Origin: the human T2T-CHM13v2.0 reference genome, Homo sapiens
NCBI RefSeq assembly: GCF_009914755.1
Contig: NC_060945.1
Reading direction: 5' to 3' (one strand)
DNA: 64,000 bases
The position numbers and the translations under genes were made by a program. Position 1 is the first letter of the stretch. Each line of letters starts with the position of its first letter. Shown here in pieces: positions 1 to 12,953 of this stretch. Below the pieces are notes generated by a model. It saw only the letters and a list, made by a program, of their open reading frames with translations. It had not been told where the DNA came from and made no database searches.

Positions 1-483
1 TCTGCTTCCCTTGTAAATATAAGTTCCGATTTCAGGTCATTTCTTTGCTCACAAATATAAACAAAGGCTACTAGAAGCAACCAGGCCACATCGTGAATGC
101 TTTGCTGCTTAGAAATTTCTTCCACCAGATACACTAAATCATCACTCTCAAGTTCAAAGTCCTACAGATCCCCAGAGCAGTGGCACAATCCAACCAAGCT
201 CTTTACTAAAGCATAGCAAGAGTGACCTTTACTCCAGCTCCCAATAAGTTCATTATTTCCATCTGATACCCCCTTAGCCTGGACTTCATGTCCATATCAC
301 TATTGGCATTTTGGTCACAACAATTTAACAAGTCTCTAGGAAGTTCCAAACTTTCCCTCATCTTCCTGTCTTCTTCTGAGCCCTGCAAACTGTTCCAACC
401 TCTGCCCATTACCCGGTTCTAAAGCTGCTTCTGCATTTTCAGGTATCTTTATAGCAATGGCCCACTCCTTAGTACCAATTTTC
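1..483 (-). mobile_element. MaLR (MST/THE1-type) internal sequence, 5' part; runs off left edge
   Basis: Typical MaLR-int text (…gtctctaggaagttccaaactttcc…agtaccaattt) directly abutting the LTR at 484. Confidence 0.85.
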
Positions 484-896
484 TGTATTAGTCTGTTCTT
501 GCGCTGCTATAAAGAAGTACCTGAGGGTGGGTAATTTATAAAGAAAAGAGGTTTACTTGGCTCACAGTTCTGCAGGCTGTCTGGGAAGCCTAGTGGCTTA
601 TGCTTCTAAGGAGGCCTCAGGAAATTTACAATCATGGCAGAAGGTGAAGGGGAAGCAGGCACATCTTACAGAGCCCAGCAGAAGGAGGCTAGAGAGGTGG
701 GAGGTGCTACACACTTTTAAACAATCAGATCTCATGAGAACTCACTCACTATCATGAGAACAGCACTAGTAGGATGGTACAAAACCATTCATGAGAAACC
801 ACCCCCATGATCCAATCACCTCCCAACAGGCCCCACCTGGGAGGGCCCTCAATTTGACATGAGATTTGGGCAGCCACGCAGACCCAAACCATATCA
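484..896 (-). mobile_element. MST (MSTA/MSTB-like) MaLR LTR, 5' LTR of the provirus
   Basis: tgtattagtctgttct…ccaaaccatatca, the reverse complement of the MST LTR termini TGATATGGTTTGG…TAATACA. Confidence 0.88.
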
Positions 897-1326
897 GGTT
901 TATATTCATAAAGCTCTTAGAAGATCACCTGGATGATAACTCAAAATAAGTGATTATATATACACATCAATCTATCCACCTATCCATCTATGTTTGCCAA
1001 GTAATAGAAATGCAAAAGACATTTAATGATGAAACCAATCAAGATTATATTCTTTATTATATGAAGGCCATTTGCAGAGAGGAAAGAATCAAGGTTAACA
1101 AAAAATTGTAACACAGAGTGCCTGGGAGAATGTTCATTAACTGAGATAGGGAAGAAACAACAGTTTTTAGAAAAGATTAAGACTTACTTTGAAGATGATA
1201 GCTTGTCTATAAAAAACACATATCAAGTGTTCAAAAGCTTGTTGAAAATGGAGACATAATATACAGGATGGAAGGAGCTCATGGTCAGAAGAATAGATCT
1301 TGGGATTTTTGCTTATAATTAAAGTA

Positions 1327-1660
1327 TTTTGTTGTTGTTTTTTTGTTTTGTTTGAGATGGGGCCTCGCTCCATCACCCAGGCTGGAGTGCAGTGGAACCA
1401 TCAGGGCTCACTATAGCCTCAATTTCCCAGGCTTAACTGATTCTTTCATCTCAGCCTCCCCAGTAGCTGAGACTATGTGTGCACCACCACACCCAGCTAA
1501 CTGTTTTTTTGTTTGTTTGTTTGTTTGTTTGTTTGTTTTGGTAGAGATAATGGCTCCCTATGTTGCATAAGCTAGTCTCAAACTCCTGGGCTCAAGTGAT
1601 CCTCCCACCTTGGCCTTTCAAAGTTCTGGGATTACAGGTGTGGGCCGCTATGCTCAGCCT
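1327..1660 (-). mobile_element. AluJ
   Basis: Diverged dimeric Alu with T-rich tail, ctcctgggctcaagtgatcctccc; (TTTG)n in the middle linker. Confidence 0.9.
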
Positions 1661-1741
1661 GGTTAGTTGAAGTTTTGGATCAGACTATCAAGAATAGAAA
1701 GAAAGCAGGTTAGAGAAAATGTTCAAGGGCAGACCCTTAGA

Positions 1742-1905
1742 GCTATGCTTCTCAAGCTTTACATGTACATGAATCATCTGAGCAGGTACTTAAAATTCAG
1801 ATCCTGGGATTCTGATTCAGCAGGTTCTTAGAAGGGGCCTGAGATGCCATATTTCTGACAAGCTTGCAGATCACTGCCATATTGTTAGTCCATGGCCACA
1901 GAGCA
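1742..1905. mobile_element. MER5A-like hAT-Charlie MITE
   Basis: cttctcaagctt…gattctgattcagcagg…ggggcctgaga…tttctgacaagct. Confidence 0.65.
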
Positions 1906-3002
1906 GCAAGTCCCTCCAACCTGGTGTACTGAGGCATGACTAGAAAATTCAGGGCCAGGGTGGAGTAGGAGTAAATGGAACTTGAGAATGCAATATAATT
2001 AATAAATGGAGAAGAAAGTTTCCAAAAAAGAAAAAAAGAGAGAGAGAGAGCAAGAGAGAGAGAGCTTCTTAGTGCAAGGACAATAATTGAAGTTGTTAAT
2101 TTTGGCAATTAAGCCAAAAGGTATAAATGGGAGAATAGTTTAAGTAGATGAAAGATGGAGGTCAGATTACACATAGCAGGTAGAAAAACTGAGCAGTGAT
2201 TGTAAACCAGCCAGTGGAAAATTCAGCAGAGAAAGAAAGATGGGTAGTGGCTGGTAGCTCAATAGGGTAGTAACTTTATGAGAAGTATTGCTTTTAGGAG
2301 CAAAAATACTCTAGTGGAGAAGAAAAGAGAAAGAAGAGAGGAGGACAGACAGAATATGCCCTAGAGAACAAAAGGAGGACTTAAATCCAATCACAGGCAA
2401 AAATTAGACTTGGAAAGAGGATAGGTGAAAAATACAGAGATGATTTCAAGCAGAGGAGAGGCTAGGAAATAGATACATTAATTTTCAATAATTTTATCTG
2501 CTGAGAGTGGGGTACAGAACTAAGACAGATGATTCAAGGAGCATAGAAAATATTTCTAATAGTCTTTCTGGGTGACATGACAAAAAACAAAGAAGAGTGA
2601 AATAAAGATGGCCCTACAGAATGAGGACACATTGAGGCTAGATAGCATGAATTCATAGTGATGCCAAATGGCACCATTACATGACTTTCTCAAGCAATGC
2701 ACAGATGCTTACAAATGAAACAGAAGTAGATGGCTGGGCTTATACAGGTGTTGGGAGATGGACAACACGAGAAAGTCATGCTGCTCACATTTTAATATCT
2801 TTGATTGTTGCTTCACAGTTGGGTAAAGAGCCAAGTGAAACCAGGAGAGAGGGAAGAATCAGTGGTTCAAAGCAACGTGATACAGAAGAATGAACACCAG
2901 ACGGATAGACTGAGAACCAGGAGACTTAGGTTCCAATTCCAGTTCCACTTTCTAGATGGCTGACTTTGTCCCTTCACCTTCATAATAAAAGTGTTGACGT
3001 AA

Positions 3003-3174
3003 ATCAGTTAAAAACCTTGGCTATGCATAGAATTGCCTGGGGATGTTTATACAATATTATTCCTGGTCCCTATTTTAGAACAACAAAATCAGATTAGGAG
3101 ATGTCAACTGGATATCTATGTTTTTAAAGCATGTCAGGTGATTTCTATTAGATAGCCAGGGTTGAGGACAACTA
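3003..3174. mobile_element. MER5-like hAT MITE (preceded by a MIR fragment at about 2910-2995)
   Basis: aaccttggct…caggtgatttcta…gccagggttgag. Confidence 0.55.
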
Positions 3175-3278
3175 GGAAAGATGATCTCTAAAGTTTATTT
3201 TTCTTTCTAGTCTTTTTTAGATTCTCCAAGAAAGACAATGGTAAGACCAGAGGCAAAATCAAATTCAGTAATAGTGGA

Positions 3279-3637
3279 TATCCTTAGTCCATTAAGGCTG
3301 CTATAACAGAATAAACTGGTTGCCTCATAAACAACATAAATTTATTTCTCACAGTTCTGGGGCCTGAGAAGTTCAAGAGGAAGGTGCTGGCAGATTTGAT
3401 GTCTAGTGAGAGCCCACTTCCTGGTTCATAGATGCTGCCTTTTTGCTGTGTCCTCATGTGATAGAAGAGGTCAGGAGGCTCTCTAGGGTCCCTTTTATAA
3501 GGTCACTAATCCCATTCATGAGGGCTTCTCCCTATGGCCTTATCACCTCCCAAAGGTACCACCTCTAAATACTACCACATTGGGGATTAGGCTTCAACAT
3601 ATGAATTTTGGGGGACATAAACATTCAGTCAAGTGCA
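3279..3637 (-). mobile_element. MLT1A-like MaLR solo LTR
   Basis: cttagtccatt…gctgctataaca…atttatttctcacagttctgg…ttttgggggacataaacattcagtc. Confidence 0.8.
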
Positions 3638-3807
3638 GTGAGTGATAAGAAATGTTGAAAAAATAGATCAGAAAGTGCAATGTCAGGGCAATGATGAGGT
3701 TGGGGGAAAGGCCTTTTATGTGGGTGGCGAACACTACCTAGGGTTAAATGCTGTGGCAGCACAGAAATAGATTTTATTCTTTTTCCATGAAGAACTTATA
3801 GAGTTCA

Positions 3808-4231
3808 GATGTCCCTTCCAAATCTCATGCTGGGATGTAATCCCCAGTGTTGGAAATGGGGCCTGGTGAGAAGTGTTTGGCTCATGGGGGTGAATTTCTC
3901 ATGAATGGCTTGAGCCATCTCCTTGGTAATAAGTGAGCTCTCACTCTGAGCTCACATGAAATCTCGTCGTTTAAAAATGTGTGGCACCTCCCCCCCACAC
4001 ACATTGCTCTTGCTCTCTTGCTCTCTCTCTCTCTTGCTCCTGATTCTGCCGTGTGGGATGTTTGTTCCCCCTTTGCCTTCTGCCATGACAGGAAGCTTCA
4101 TGAGACCTCCCCAGAAGCAGATGCCAGTATGCTTCCTGTACAGCCTGTAGAACCATGAGACAAACTTCTTTTCTTATAAATTACCCAGTCTCAGGTATGT
4201 CTTTATAGCATTGCAAGAATGGCCTAATACA
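3808..4231 (+). mobile_element. MSTB-like MaLR solo LTR (5' end eroded)
   Basis: ccaaatctcatg…tgtaatccccagtgttgg…ataaattacccagtctcagg…ggcctaataca. Confidence 0.85.
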
Positions 4232-4929
4232 GGGATATTATGCAAAGAATCTGTAGAATAAAAGCCATAGTCAAAACAGTGGACAGCATGTGGGATCTAG
4301 CCAGAGCCAATCTCAGCACTTACAGACTGGGCCACAGACTAACATAAATGGTCACCTGGCAGGTGAGCCCAGGGTGAAATGACAAAACCACAGAAACTTA
4401 TTGGCTATTAATTCCTTTCATGTCTCTCATGTCTGTCACCCTCAGGTCTGGAATGCAGGCTCCTCAGCGGTCTCTCTCCTTCGTATTTTCTTCTCCATCC
4501 TGCTCTGTGATTCATTTCTCTGGGTCATCTTCCTATCACTTCCGATGGCTGACCTCTCTCACAATTCTTCTACTACTCTCTAGAAATTTCATTCTATTTT
4601 CTATGACATCCGCAGTGTCTTTGCAGAACTTACTATGTTCCTGTCCTAATGGAAATTTGGCTTTTCCTTGATGTCATCACTTCTCTGGCAGTTTTCTCTG
4701 AAAAAGCTGGCCATTCTTCCTTTCTGTATCTCTGGGCCAGGAGATGATAGTGACTTAGACCTTCATGGTCACTTCCAAAGTTTAACTCTACAATCTTATC
4801 CAAAAAGCCCTCTTTCCTTGGTTGTATGACATCTAAGTCTAACATGCACTACCCTGCATCAACTAATCTGGTCACTTCCACAATCAATTAGAACTAAGAC
4901 AAGTGGTTCCTCATCAAAAAGAATATGAA

Positions 4930-5950
4930 ATGAAAATGGCCTTCCCTATATGTCTTCCAGTCTCTTATTACTTTACTTTGGAAGCAACTTTTATCACCAG
5001 CTTTTGGATATCCTTTAAAGGTATTTTGTGCAAATATAATCACATGCATAGATATGCACATATAAATGCATGTTTATATAAATTTTTGGTTTCTTAAAGA
5101 TAAACAAATGGTAGAAAATTATATATCCTGTTCTAAAACCTTTCTTTTTTTAAACAAAATATTTTAAAGGCTTTTTCTTATCAATGCATACAAACTTTTC
5201 TTTTAGAAATATTACTGCATAATATTTTATGTGGATGTTCAATAATTTATTTGACCTGTCCCCTACTGATGAACAACTAGATTCATTCTAGTGTTTCTAG
5301 TCTTCTGCTATTGCAAACAAGGCTTCTATAAATAACATTCTACTGATGTCACCTTTTACTTTTACAAGTTATTTGGGTCAAAAGTTATTTGCTTTTTAAA
5401 AGTTTTGATAGATACTGAAAAAATTATACTGCATGAGCTGTGCACTAATTTATATACCCATTAACTACGTTTAAAAGAACCAGTTTCCCATTAGCCTTGC
5501 TAACATAATATTTTACACTTTTTTTTTACTTTGCCAAGAACATAATTGAAAATATTTCATTGAAATTTTAATTTATGTTTTTCCTATGTTGAGTGAAGTT
5601 GAGCATCTTTGCAAATGTTTAACACTGTACTTTCTTTCCTGGACATCTCCCCTGCCTATTTTCCTATCGTTTTATTGCAAGTCTTTCCATAGTAAGGAAA
5701 ATAGACTTCTACTAAAATATGAGTTGCAATAATTTTTTCTCAGTTTGTTGAATTGTCATTTTGGTGTTTGTCATGCAGAACAATTTTATTTGCATGTCGT
5801 TTAGTTTATAAATCTCTTCATTTTGCTATCTATATTTTATATCATACTTTATACTTGTTCTATTTTGGATAATTTTTTAAAAATTATTTTAACACTTCCA
5901 TCTTTTTTTTATTTTTTATTTTTTAACACAAATCATTGGTCCACCTGAAA
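4930..5950 (-). mobile_element. Ancient L1M/L1ME fragment
   Basis: T-rich antisense L1 3' motifs (ttttgatagatactg, gttgagcatcttt, ttttatttgcatg). Confidence 0.6.
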
Positions 5951-6292
5951 TCCTAGTCTTCTTTCCAACTCTTGCCTCGATCGTGGATCACTTCAGTGTT
6001 GACGTCACCTACACAAACCCCACCCACCATGTTCCCGGATCTCCTCTGCTCAGACAACCACCTCCCTTCTCACCTCTCATGACAACATCCTGGAGTGTCT
6101 TATCCTTGTGTGATGCTTCTCCATTTCTAAAACTGTAAAACTCTCACATTCTATTATTCTCACTCCCTCAACATAATCTCTTATCCTTCTTGGTCTCTTG
6201 CTCTCTTAGTTCTGTTACATATTTGTAATAGTTTCATTTAAACCTCAGATGTTTCAAATCTCCCTTTTCTCTCATATGTCTGCCCTTGCTAG

Positions 6293-6540
6293 GCAGGGCC
6301 ACATCATTACGTAAGCACTTTTGCCTTTTGGGGCCCCTTCCTCCATAAAAGAATATTAAAAGGTACATTTTATGATTACCTTATAAAGATAAATATATTA
6401 CTATGCATAAAAACATTTTTTTGGTGTGAAAGTTTTTTTTATTCTGATTCTAAAAATAAAATAAAACATTTTTGTGGGCCCCAGAAGCCTAGTGAACCCC
6501 AGGTTCCATTCTTACTATGTGTAAAGTATCAGTCAGCTCT
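6293..6540. mobile_element. hAT (Tip100-like) MITE, subfamily uncertain
   Basis: cagggcc…ctctg termini; internal gcacttttgcc…gggccccttcctccataaaa…aaaacatttttgtgggccc. Confidence 0.5.
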
Positions 6541-6567
6541 GCTCCTAGGCACTGATTGACTACTACC

Positions 6568-6816
6568 TTTTTAAAATTGAGACAGGGTCTCACTCTGTCT
6601 GGAGTGTAGTAGTGCGATCTCAGCTCATTGTAACCTCTGCCTCCAGGGCTCAAGCAATCCTCCCACATCAGCCAGCCTCCCAAGTAGTAGTTTTTTTTGT
6701 ATTTTTGGTAGAGAAAGTGTTGCCCAGGCTGGTCTCAAACTCCAGGACTCAAGCTGTACGCCTGCCTTGGCCTCCCAAAATACTGGGATTACAGGCATGA
6801 GCCACCGTGCCTGGCC
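6568..6816 (-). mobile_element. AluJ with internal deletions
   Basis: gagacagggtctcactctgtc…gagccaccgtgcctggcc. Confidence 0.88.
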
Positions 6817-7124
6817 AGAACCACTTTTCTCCCTTGGCCCTCTTCTCCCTTGGCCCTTGTTTTCCCTGTGTATCTGCATTGCCCACCTCCAACCCTAGAT
6901 AAATCTGTTGAGCTCTACTAGAGAAAATTATAAAGAGGGCTGATGCTATCAAAGATTTAGGGTCTATGACATAAATTGGGCCCTCAACACTGCTTAACCA
7001 TTTTTCTACTTGTCCCTGATGAATTTTTTGTTTCATTCCTCAAATTAATCATTCCAAATCATTTAGCAGTCTCCCCAGCTAAGAGAAAATAGTGTAAATT
7101 ATCTTAATTCCCTGTCCTTTCATA

Positions 7125-7440
7125 TTCTGATTAGCCCTGACTAAGTAGCAAAATAACCCAAGATGTAGTGGCTTAAAACAAAATTTATTTTTCTTTCAAG
7201 AGTCTGTGTACTGACAGCACGGCGGGGCAGTTCTTATTGTGGGTCTCTTATGTGACCTCCATCACCATATTGAAACTATTCTTTTTTGGTCACTAAAGAC
7301 TTCTCAATTGTCTAATCTAATAGGTACTTTAAAACCTTTATCTTAACCTTTTCATAATATTTAAAGATATTGATCACTCCCCTGTTCTTGAAACTATTTG
7401 TGGGCTTTTCTGAATCTTAGTTTTCCGTATGACTTCTTGG
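7125..7440. mobile_element. Old MLT1 fragment (about 7125-7255) followed by an L2 RT-region fragment (about 7265-7440)
   Basis: gtagtggcttaaaacaaaatttatt; then ttgatcactcccctgttcttgaaact. Confidence 0.5.
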
Positions 7441-7491
7441 TACAATATGGATGGTGAAGTCTTAGAGAATGAAAATAAAGAATAGGATAGT

Positions 7492-7997
7492 GTATTAGTT
7501 TCCCACGGTTACTAGAACAAATTACGACAAACTTGGTTTAAAACAACAGAAATTTGTTCTTTCATGCTTCTGGAGGCCAGAGGTCCAAAGTTAGCATTGG
7601 TGGGCTGCAATCAAGGTGTTGGCAGGGCCATGTTTCCTCCAGAAGTTCCAGAAAACAATCCGTTTCTTGCCACTTCCAGCTGCTGGTAGCTGTCAGAATC
7701 CCTTGGCTTGTGGGTACATCACTCCAATCTTCAAAGCCAGCACCTTAAATCTCTCTCTCTCTTCCATCTTCATATTGCTTTCTCTCCGTGTGTGTCAAAT
7801 CTCCTCTTGCCTCTTTCTTATAAAGACACACGTGACAGCATTTAGGGATCACACAGATAATCCAAGACAATCTCTTCAACTTGACATCCTTTATTTAATC
7901 ACATCTGCAAAGACATTTTTTCAAATAAGGTGACATTTATAGACTTCAGGGATTAGATCATGAATATCTTTCAGAGAACCATTTTTCAGTGTCATAT
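7492..7997 (-). mobile_element. MLT1C/D-like MaLR solo LTR
   Basis: tgtattagtttcc…aaaacaacagaaatt…tctggaggccagaggtccaaa…aatcacatctgcaaagac. Confidence 0.8.
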
Positions 7998-8292
7998 TGG
8001 AGAATAAAACTGACCTAGGAATTCCAAACTATTTTGAAAGTCATGGATAATTGGCTGAGGTGAATCTAGCTAGTGTAAACAAATACATGAATTTCAAAAG
8101 ATCAGTACAAATCATTCAGAGTGTTTTTTGTTTGTTTTAAGAAAAGACTGGAAGCTGTACTCTGGAAGAAGAAAATGGTGACTCTCTTGCAGGTTTAAGA
8201 CTAGTAGAAGGAAGTGGCTGTCACTGAAATGGGCTTCAAGGGAAGAAATCAGGAGAAAGCTAAATTTCAGTTAGGACAGGAAGGTAGTGTAG

Positions 8293-8452
8293 GGGGGCTT
8301 GGAGCACTCCTGTAGTCCCAGCTACTTGAGAGGCTGAGGCAGAAGGATCATTTGAGCCCAGGAGTTCAAAGCTCTAGTGTGCAATGATTCGTGAATAGCC
8401 ACTGCACTCCAGGCAACAAAGTGAGACCCTGCCTCTGAAAAACAAAAATAAC
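8293..8452 (+). mobile_element. FAM (fossil Alu monomer)
   Basis: Monomer retaining the 7SL-like segment gtgaatagccactgcactcc, followed by an A-rich tail. Confidence 0.75.
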
Positions 8453-9767
8453 AAAGGTAGAAGTAGCATTAAGTGAATATTGACCTTGATATAACAGTTA
8501 TGATAAAATGAAATCTTGTTAGTGTAGGGAGAGACTATCATAAGTTAATTTGAAATAGTATTTATTTCAAATTTATATAGTGGTAGCAGAAACCACTAGA
8601 ATAGATACTGTATAGTTAATGCATCAGTAATTAATTACTGTTGATATGGAAAGACTATTCAAATTTCAAACAATAGTGCTTAACTGTGCACTTATTCAGT
8701 AACTATAATTAAACAGAATTAATTGAATTGATCATCTAATGAACATAGTGATCTTTAGAAGTCTGACATCACATAGCTGTAGAACAATTGTCCCAGGAGA
8801 CTCTTTTGAGCCCTGACCTATCAGGGGGTAAGCATACTTCCTCATGTTATCAAGTAGTCATTTACATATACAGCTCCTTAAATCCAATTTTTATACTGTT
8901 TTCTTCTTCTTTACTTTCAATCTAAAACAGTAAAAATTTTAAAGGCAGTTAATTGTTAATGGTAATAAAATCATATTTTAAATTACCATGAATTTGCTTT
9001 GAAGTGTAGAGACAGTTTTTAGTGTTGAACACGGTAGACTGAAATTCAAAAAGAACAAAGTCAAAAATGCACCACAATTGCTCCTGAAGCAGAGGCTATT
9101 GATTTCTTGCCCATTATCTCATCACACAGAAAGTGAAGGGAGAAAAATACAAGTTCAAAGACACCAGCTACTCAGGTAACAGGCAGGAGCTTCAAGTGAA
9201 AATTTCTGCCTCATTAAAAACATTTAAAGGAAGCAGCTTTTCTTTAAGTAGGAATCATTATTCCCAGTTTGAGTTCATCCTCTGGAGTTTTCACCTCTTC
9301 AGAAGGGCACATTCTGTGCAATTTCTAAGAAGTGCTTCTTTAATGGGAGGGATTTATGTTAAGTTGGTTCAGGGGAGGTAGACCATTGTGGAGCCTTTTT
9401 AATGGACTACAAAAGACTGTCGAGTAATTAAATAGATTTCCTTTCCCTTAGACTGTTCCATGGTTCTAAAAACACTCAGCTGAGCATGTAAAATCAATTT
9501 CCATTACTGGCCTTGACCTTTGCAGTTTTGTAAACATGTTTTTTCCCTGGCTTTGGAATGTGGTTCAAAGGCAATAGCAGAAGACTAGAGGATGAGACAG
9601 GTTCTCTTAATGGAAGTTAACTTTTTTTACAGTGAAAATCTCCTTTTCTCACAGACATTCATTCAACTGCATATGTTATAAATATAATTATATACATACC
9701 TGCTTATTTATGTTTATATACATATGTATATGTGTATTTAAATTGGAGTATATAAATATATGTATGT

Positions 9768-10058
9768 ATTTTTTTTAATTGACAAATCATAATTGTATAC
9801 ATTCATGGGGCACCATGTTATGTTTTATGTATCTATACAATATGAAGTGACTAAATCTAGCTAATTAACATATCCATCACCTCACTTACTTATAATTTTT
9901 TTTTGTGGTGAGACATTTGAAATTTACTCTAAGTTATTTTGGAATATACTATACAATACTGACTGTAGTTACTCTGCCGTGCAATAGATTTCGAAACTTA
10001 TTTCTCCTAATCATACATTTGTGCCCTTTGACCACCAACTCCCCATTCCCTGCCCCCA
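9768..10058 (-). mobile_element. L1MA (L1MA9/10-like) 3' end
   Basis: ttttttaattgacaaat…ctaattaacatatccatcacctca…ttgtggtgagacatttgaaat. Confidence 0.8.
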
Positions 10059-10834
10059 CAAAATATAGGAAGTTATACATCTTTTTGTTTTCCTCCACAG
10101 ATACGTGTTTCGTTTTCACTGCTCAAAGGTATTTTCCCCCTTCCCATTCCAAGAAAATAGCCACGCCATTGTGTTCCAGGGGCTTTGGATGGTCGAATGG
10201 AAAGCAGGTGTTCCCCAAGAACAGCTTCATTCCATTTTTGTTTTGTTTTGTTTGGATGATTAGACCTACTGCAGGGATTATGCCACATCACGTAGAGTGG
10301 AGGAAAAGAAAGATGAGGTCTTCTAGGGGGTGCTGGGAGGTGGAGGCAGAATTGACTTCAGGTAGCAAATTCCTCGAGACAAGAAGGAAGGGAGTTTGGG
10401 TGGTTTGCAAAGAAAGTAGCCCCCAGGTCCTGCTTGTTAACTCCTAGTTGGGTGGATTGCCTCAGGACAAAGGGAAGACCTCTAGGAGCCCTGGTCTCAG
10501 GAACTGCCTTGATAGAGAAGTCAGAGACCTTTGTCCAAGCTTATCGGTGAGTACCACTTCCCTCAGGGACTAGATCATGAGAGCCTGGACAATAAGCATA
10601 TCAGTGAGGACCAGTGGAGGCCATACACCTTTCTTTCAGGATTTAGGACCTAAGAAGACATCTCTACTCCCGATTTCTGTGTCACCTGGAAGTGGAATTG
10701 GAGGAGGGAAGTCCAGAAATGATTAAAATGCAATTTCCTACTTGCTGACGCAGCTCAATTTGATTTAAACAAAATTTGTGATACTTCTTTTTCTCAGAGC
10801 TAAGGTGAAATTTTCACTGCTTTTTCTTTCCCTT

Positions 10835-10965
10835 ACCATTTGTTCATCTGCAAAATGGTGATTATTGTACTCACCTTGCAGAGTTGTTTCTAGCATTTAA
10901 TCAAATGACCTGTGTAGAGTGACTATATCACCACCATAATAGAAGGTGCTCAATAAATTGTCACT
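10835..10965 (+). mobile_element. MIR fragment
   Basis: catctgcaaaatggtgatt…ggtgctcaataaat. Confidence 0.65.
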
Positions 10966-11710
10966 AGGAAATATTCACATTATATGTGTTCATAGTGTTG
11001 CAAAAATGGAATCAGGTGCTAGGTTTTTAAAGCACAAGACATACTTCTAGTTTTCAAGAATTTTATATTATAATTATAAAGCTATCTAGAAGTACTAGGT
11101 TCATATCTCTAAGCAAGAAATACAGGCAGGTGAATCATGGGAAATTGAATTCCATTCAATTTCATAAAAGTAAATTGAATGGAAGAATTTGGAGGCAGAA
11201 GTCATGATGTAAGACAGAAAACCTATGGGAAGCTTAAGAGAGAAGATAGCAACACTAAAGGTGAAAGGAATTTGTCTGTGATGCTATCATTAGAAAATCT
11301 CATAAACAGAGAGAAAGAAAATCTTCTCCAACACACAACATTTGGACAGCAGGTTTAGATTTTCTTCATCTTTTTTCTCTTCAATTTTTTTCCACTGCAA
11401 CGATAAGCTAAGAGATTGATTTTATTTCAAGAATAACTAAGGGTATACTAATATGCATATCTCAAAATAACATTGCATTATTGAAGACATACTGTTCCAA
11501 TAGTCAAACAGTTAACAGAGAGGGGACAGGAACCAACAAACTGGAAAAACACACCTGTATTATACATAAAAATCAGTGGCCAATATTTCTCCAGTTATTC
11601 TCAAAAGAAAAATACTCAGCAAGTTACAAACTGAAAAGCTTTGCTTAAAAGCTAAACAAAACAAAACAAACCTTCCATGTATAAGAAAAGCTCAGCCCCT
11701 TAAAAACGAG

Positions 11711-12340
11711 ACTGTTGGTGGGAGTTGAACCGTTGTGGAAGACAGTGTGGCAATTCCTCAAGGATCTAGAACCAGAAATGCCATTTGACCCAGAAATCCC
11801 ATTACCGGGTATATACCCAAAGGATTATAAATCATTCTACTATAAAGACACATGCACACGCATGTTTATTGCAGCACTATTCACCATAGAAAAGACTTGG
11901 ACCCAACCCAAATGCCCATGAATGATAGACTGGATAAAAAAAATGTGGCACATATACACCATGGAATATTATGCAGCCATAAAAAAGGATGAGTTCATGT
12001 CCTTTGCAGGGACATGGATAAAGCTTAGCATCATCCTTAGCAAACTAACAAGGAACAGAAAACCAAACGCTGCATGTTGTCACTCATAAGTGGGAGTTGA
12101 ACAATGAGAGCACACGGACACAGGGAGGGGAACATCACACACTGGGGCCTGTCAGGGGCTTGGGGGAAAGGGGAGGGATAGCATTAGGAGAAATACCTAA
12201 TGTATATGATGGGTTGATGGGTGCAGCAAATCACCATGGCATGTGTATACCTATGTAACAAACCTGCACGTTCTGCACATGTGCCCCAGAACTTAAAGTA
12301 TAATAAAAAAAGATTTAAAAAAGACAAAACAAACAAAAAC
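11711..12340 (+). mobile_element. 5'-truncated L1PA (about PA5-8): ORF2 C-terminus, 3'UTR and A tail
   Basis: ORF 11715-11921 matches the L1 ORF2 C-terminal Cys-rich region (WKTVWQFLKDL…TCTRMFIAALFTI); ends aacttaaagtataataaaaaa; degenerate TSD aaaaac(g/c)aga. Confidence 0.93.
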
Positions 12341-12526
12341 CAGATAGACATCCATAAAGTAAAACAAATGAGAAAAACTGGCTAAACTTCTCAAACTAAA
12401 TTATATCAAATATATATATGCATTTTTGCAAAATAAAGTACTAAACTATTCTTTGTAGACATATTCATTACATTTATTTTAATAACTACTTTGATATAGG
12501 TTGACTGGCTCTATTCTATTTGTTAA

Positions 12527-12953
<427 letters not shown>

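Noticed and set aside
8293-8452. 7SL RNA gene or pseudogene
   Set aside because: It lacks the S domain; length and sequence fit a FAM monomer.
9905-10447. Longest ORF (180 aa) as a gene
   Set aside because: It starts at GTG inside antisense L1MA, crosses into unrelated sequence and has no recognisable domain.
10150-10780. Possible ancient Gypsy-like LTR (similar impression at 52740-53110)
   Set aside because: Only a compositional impression; I could verify no termini, TSD or consensus motif.
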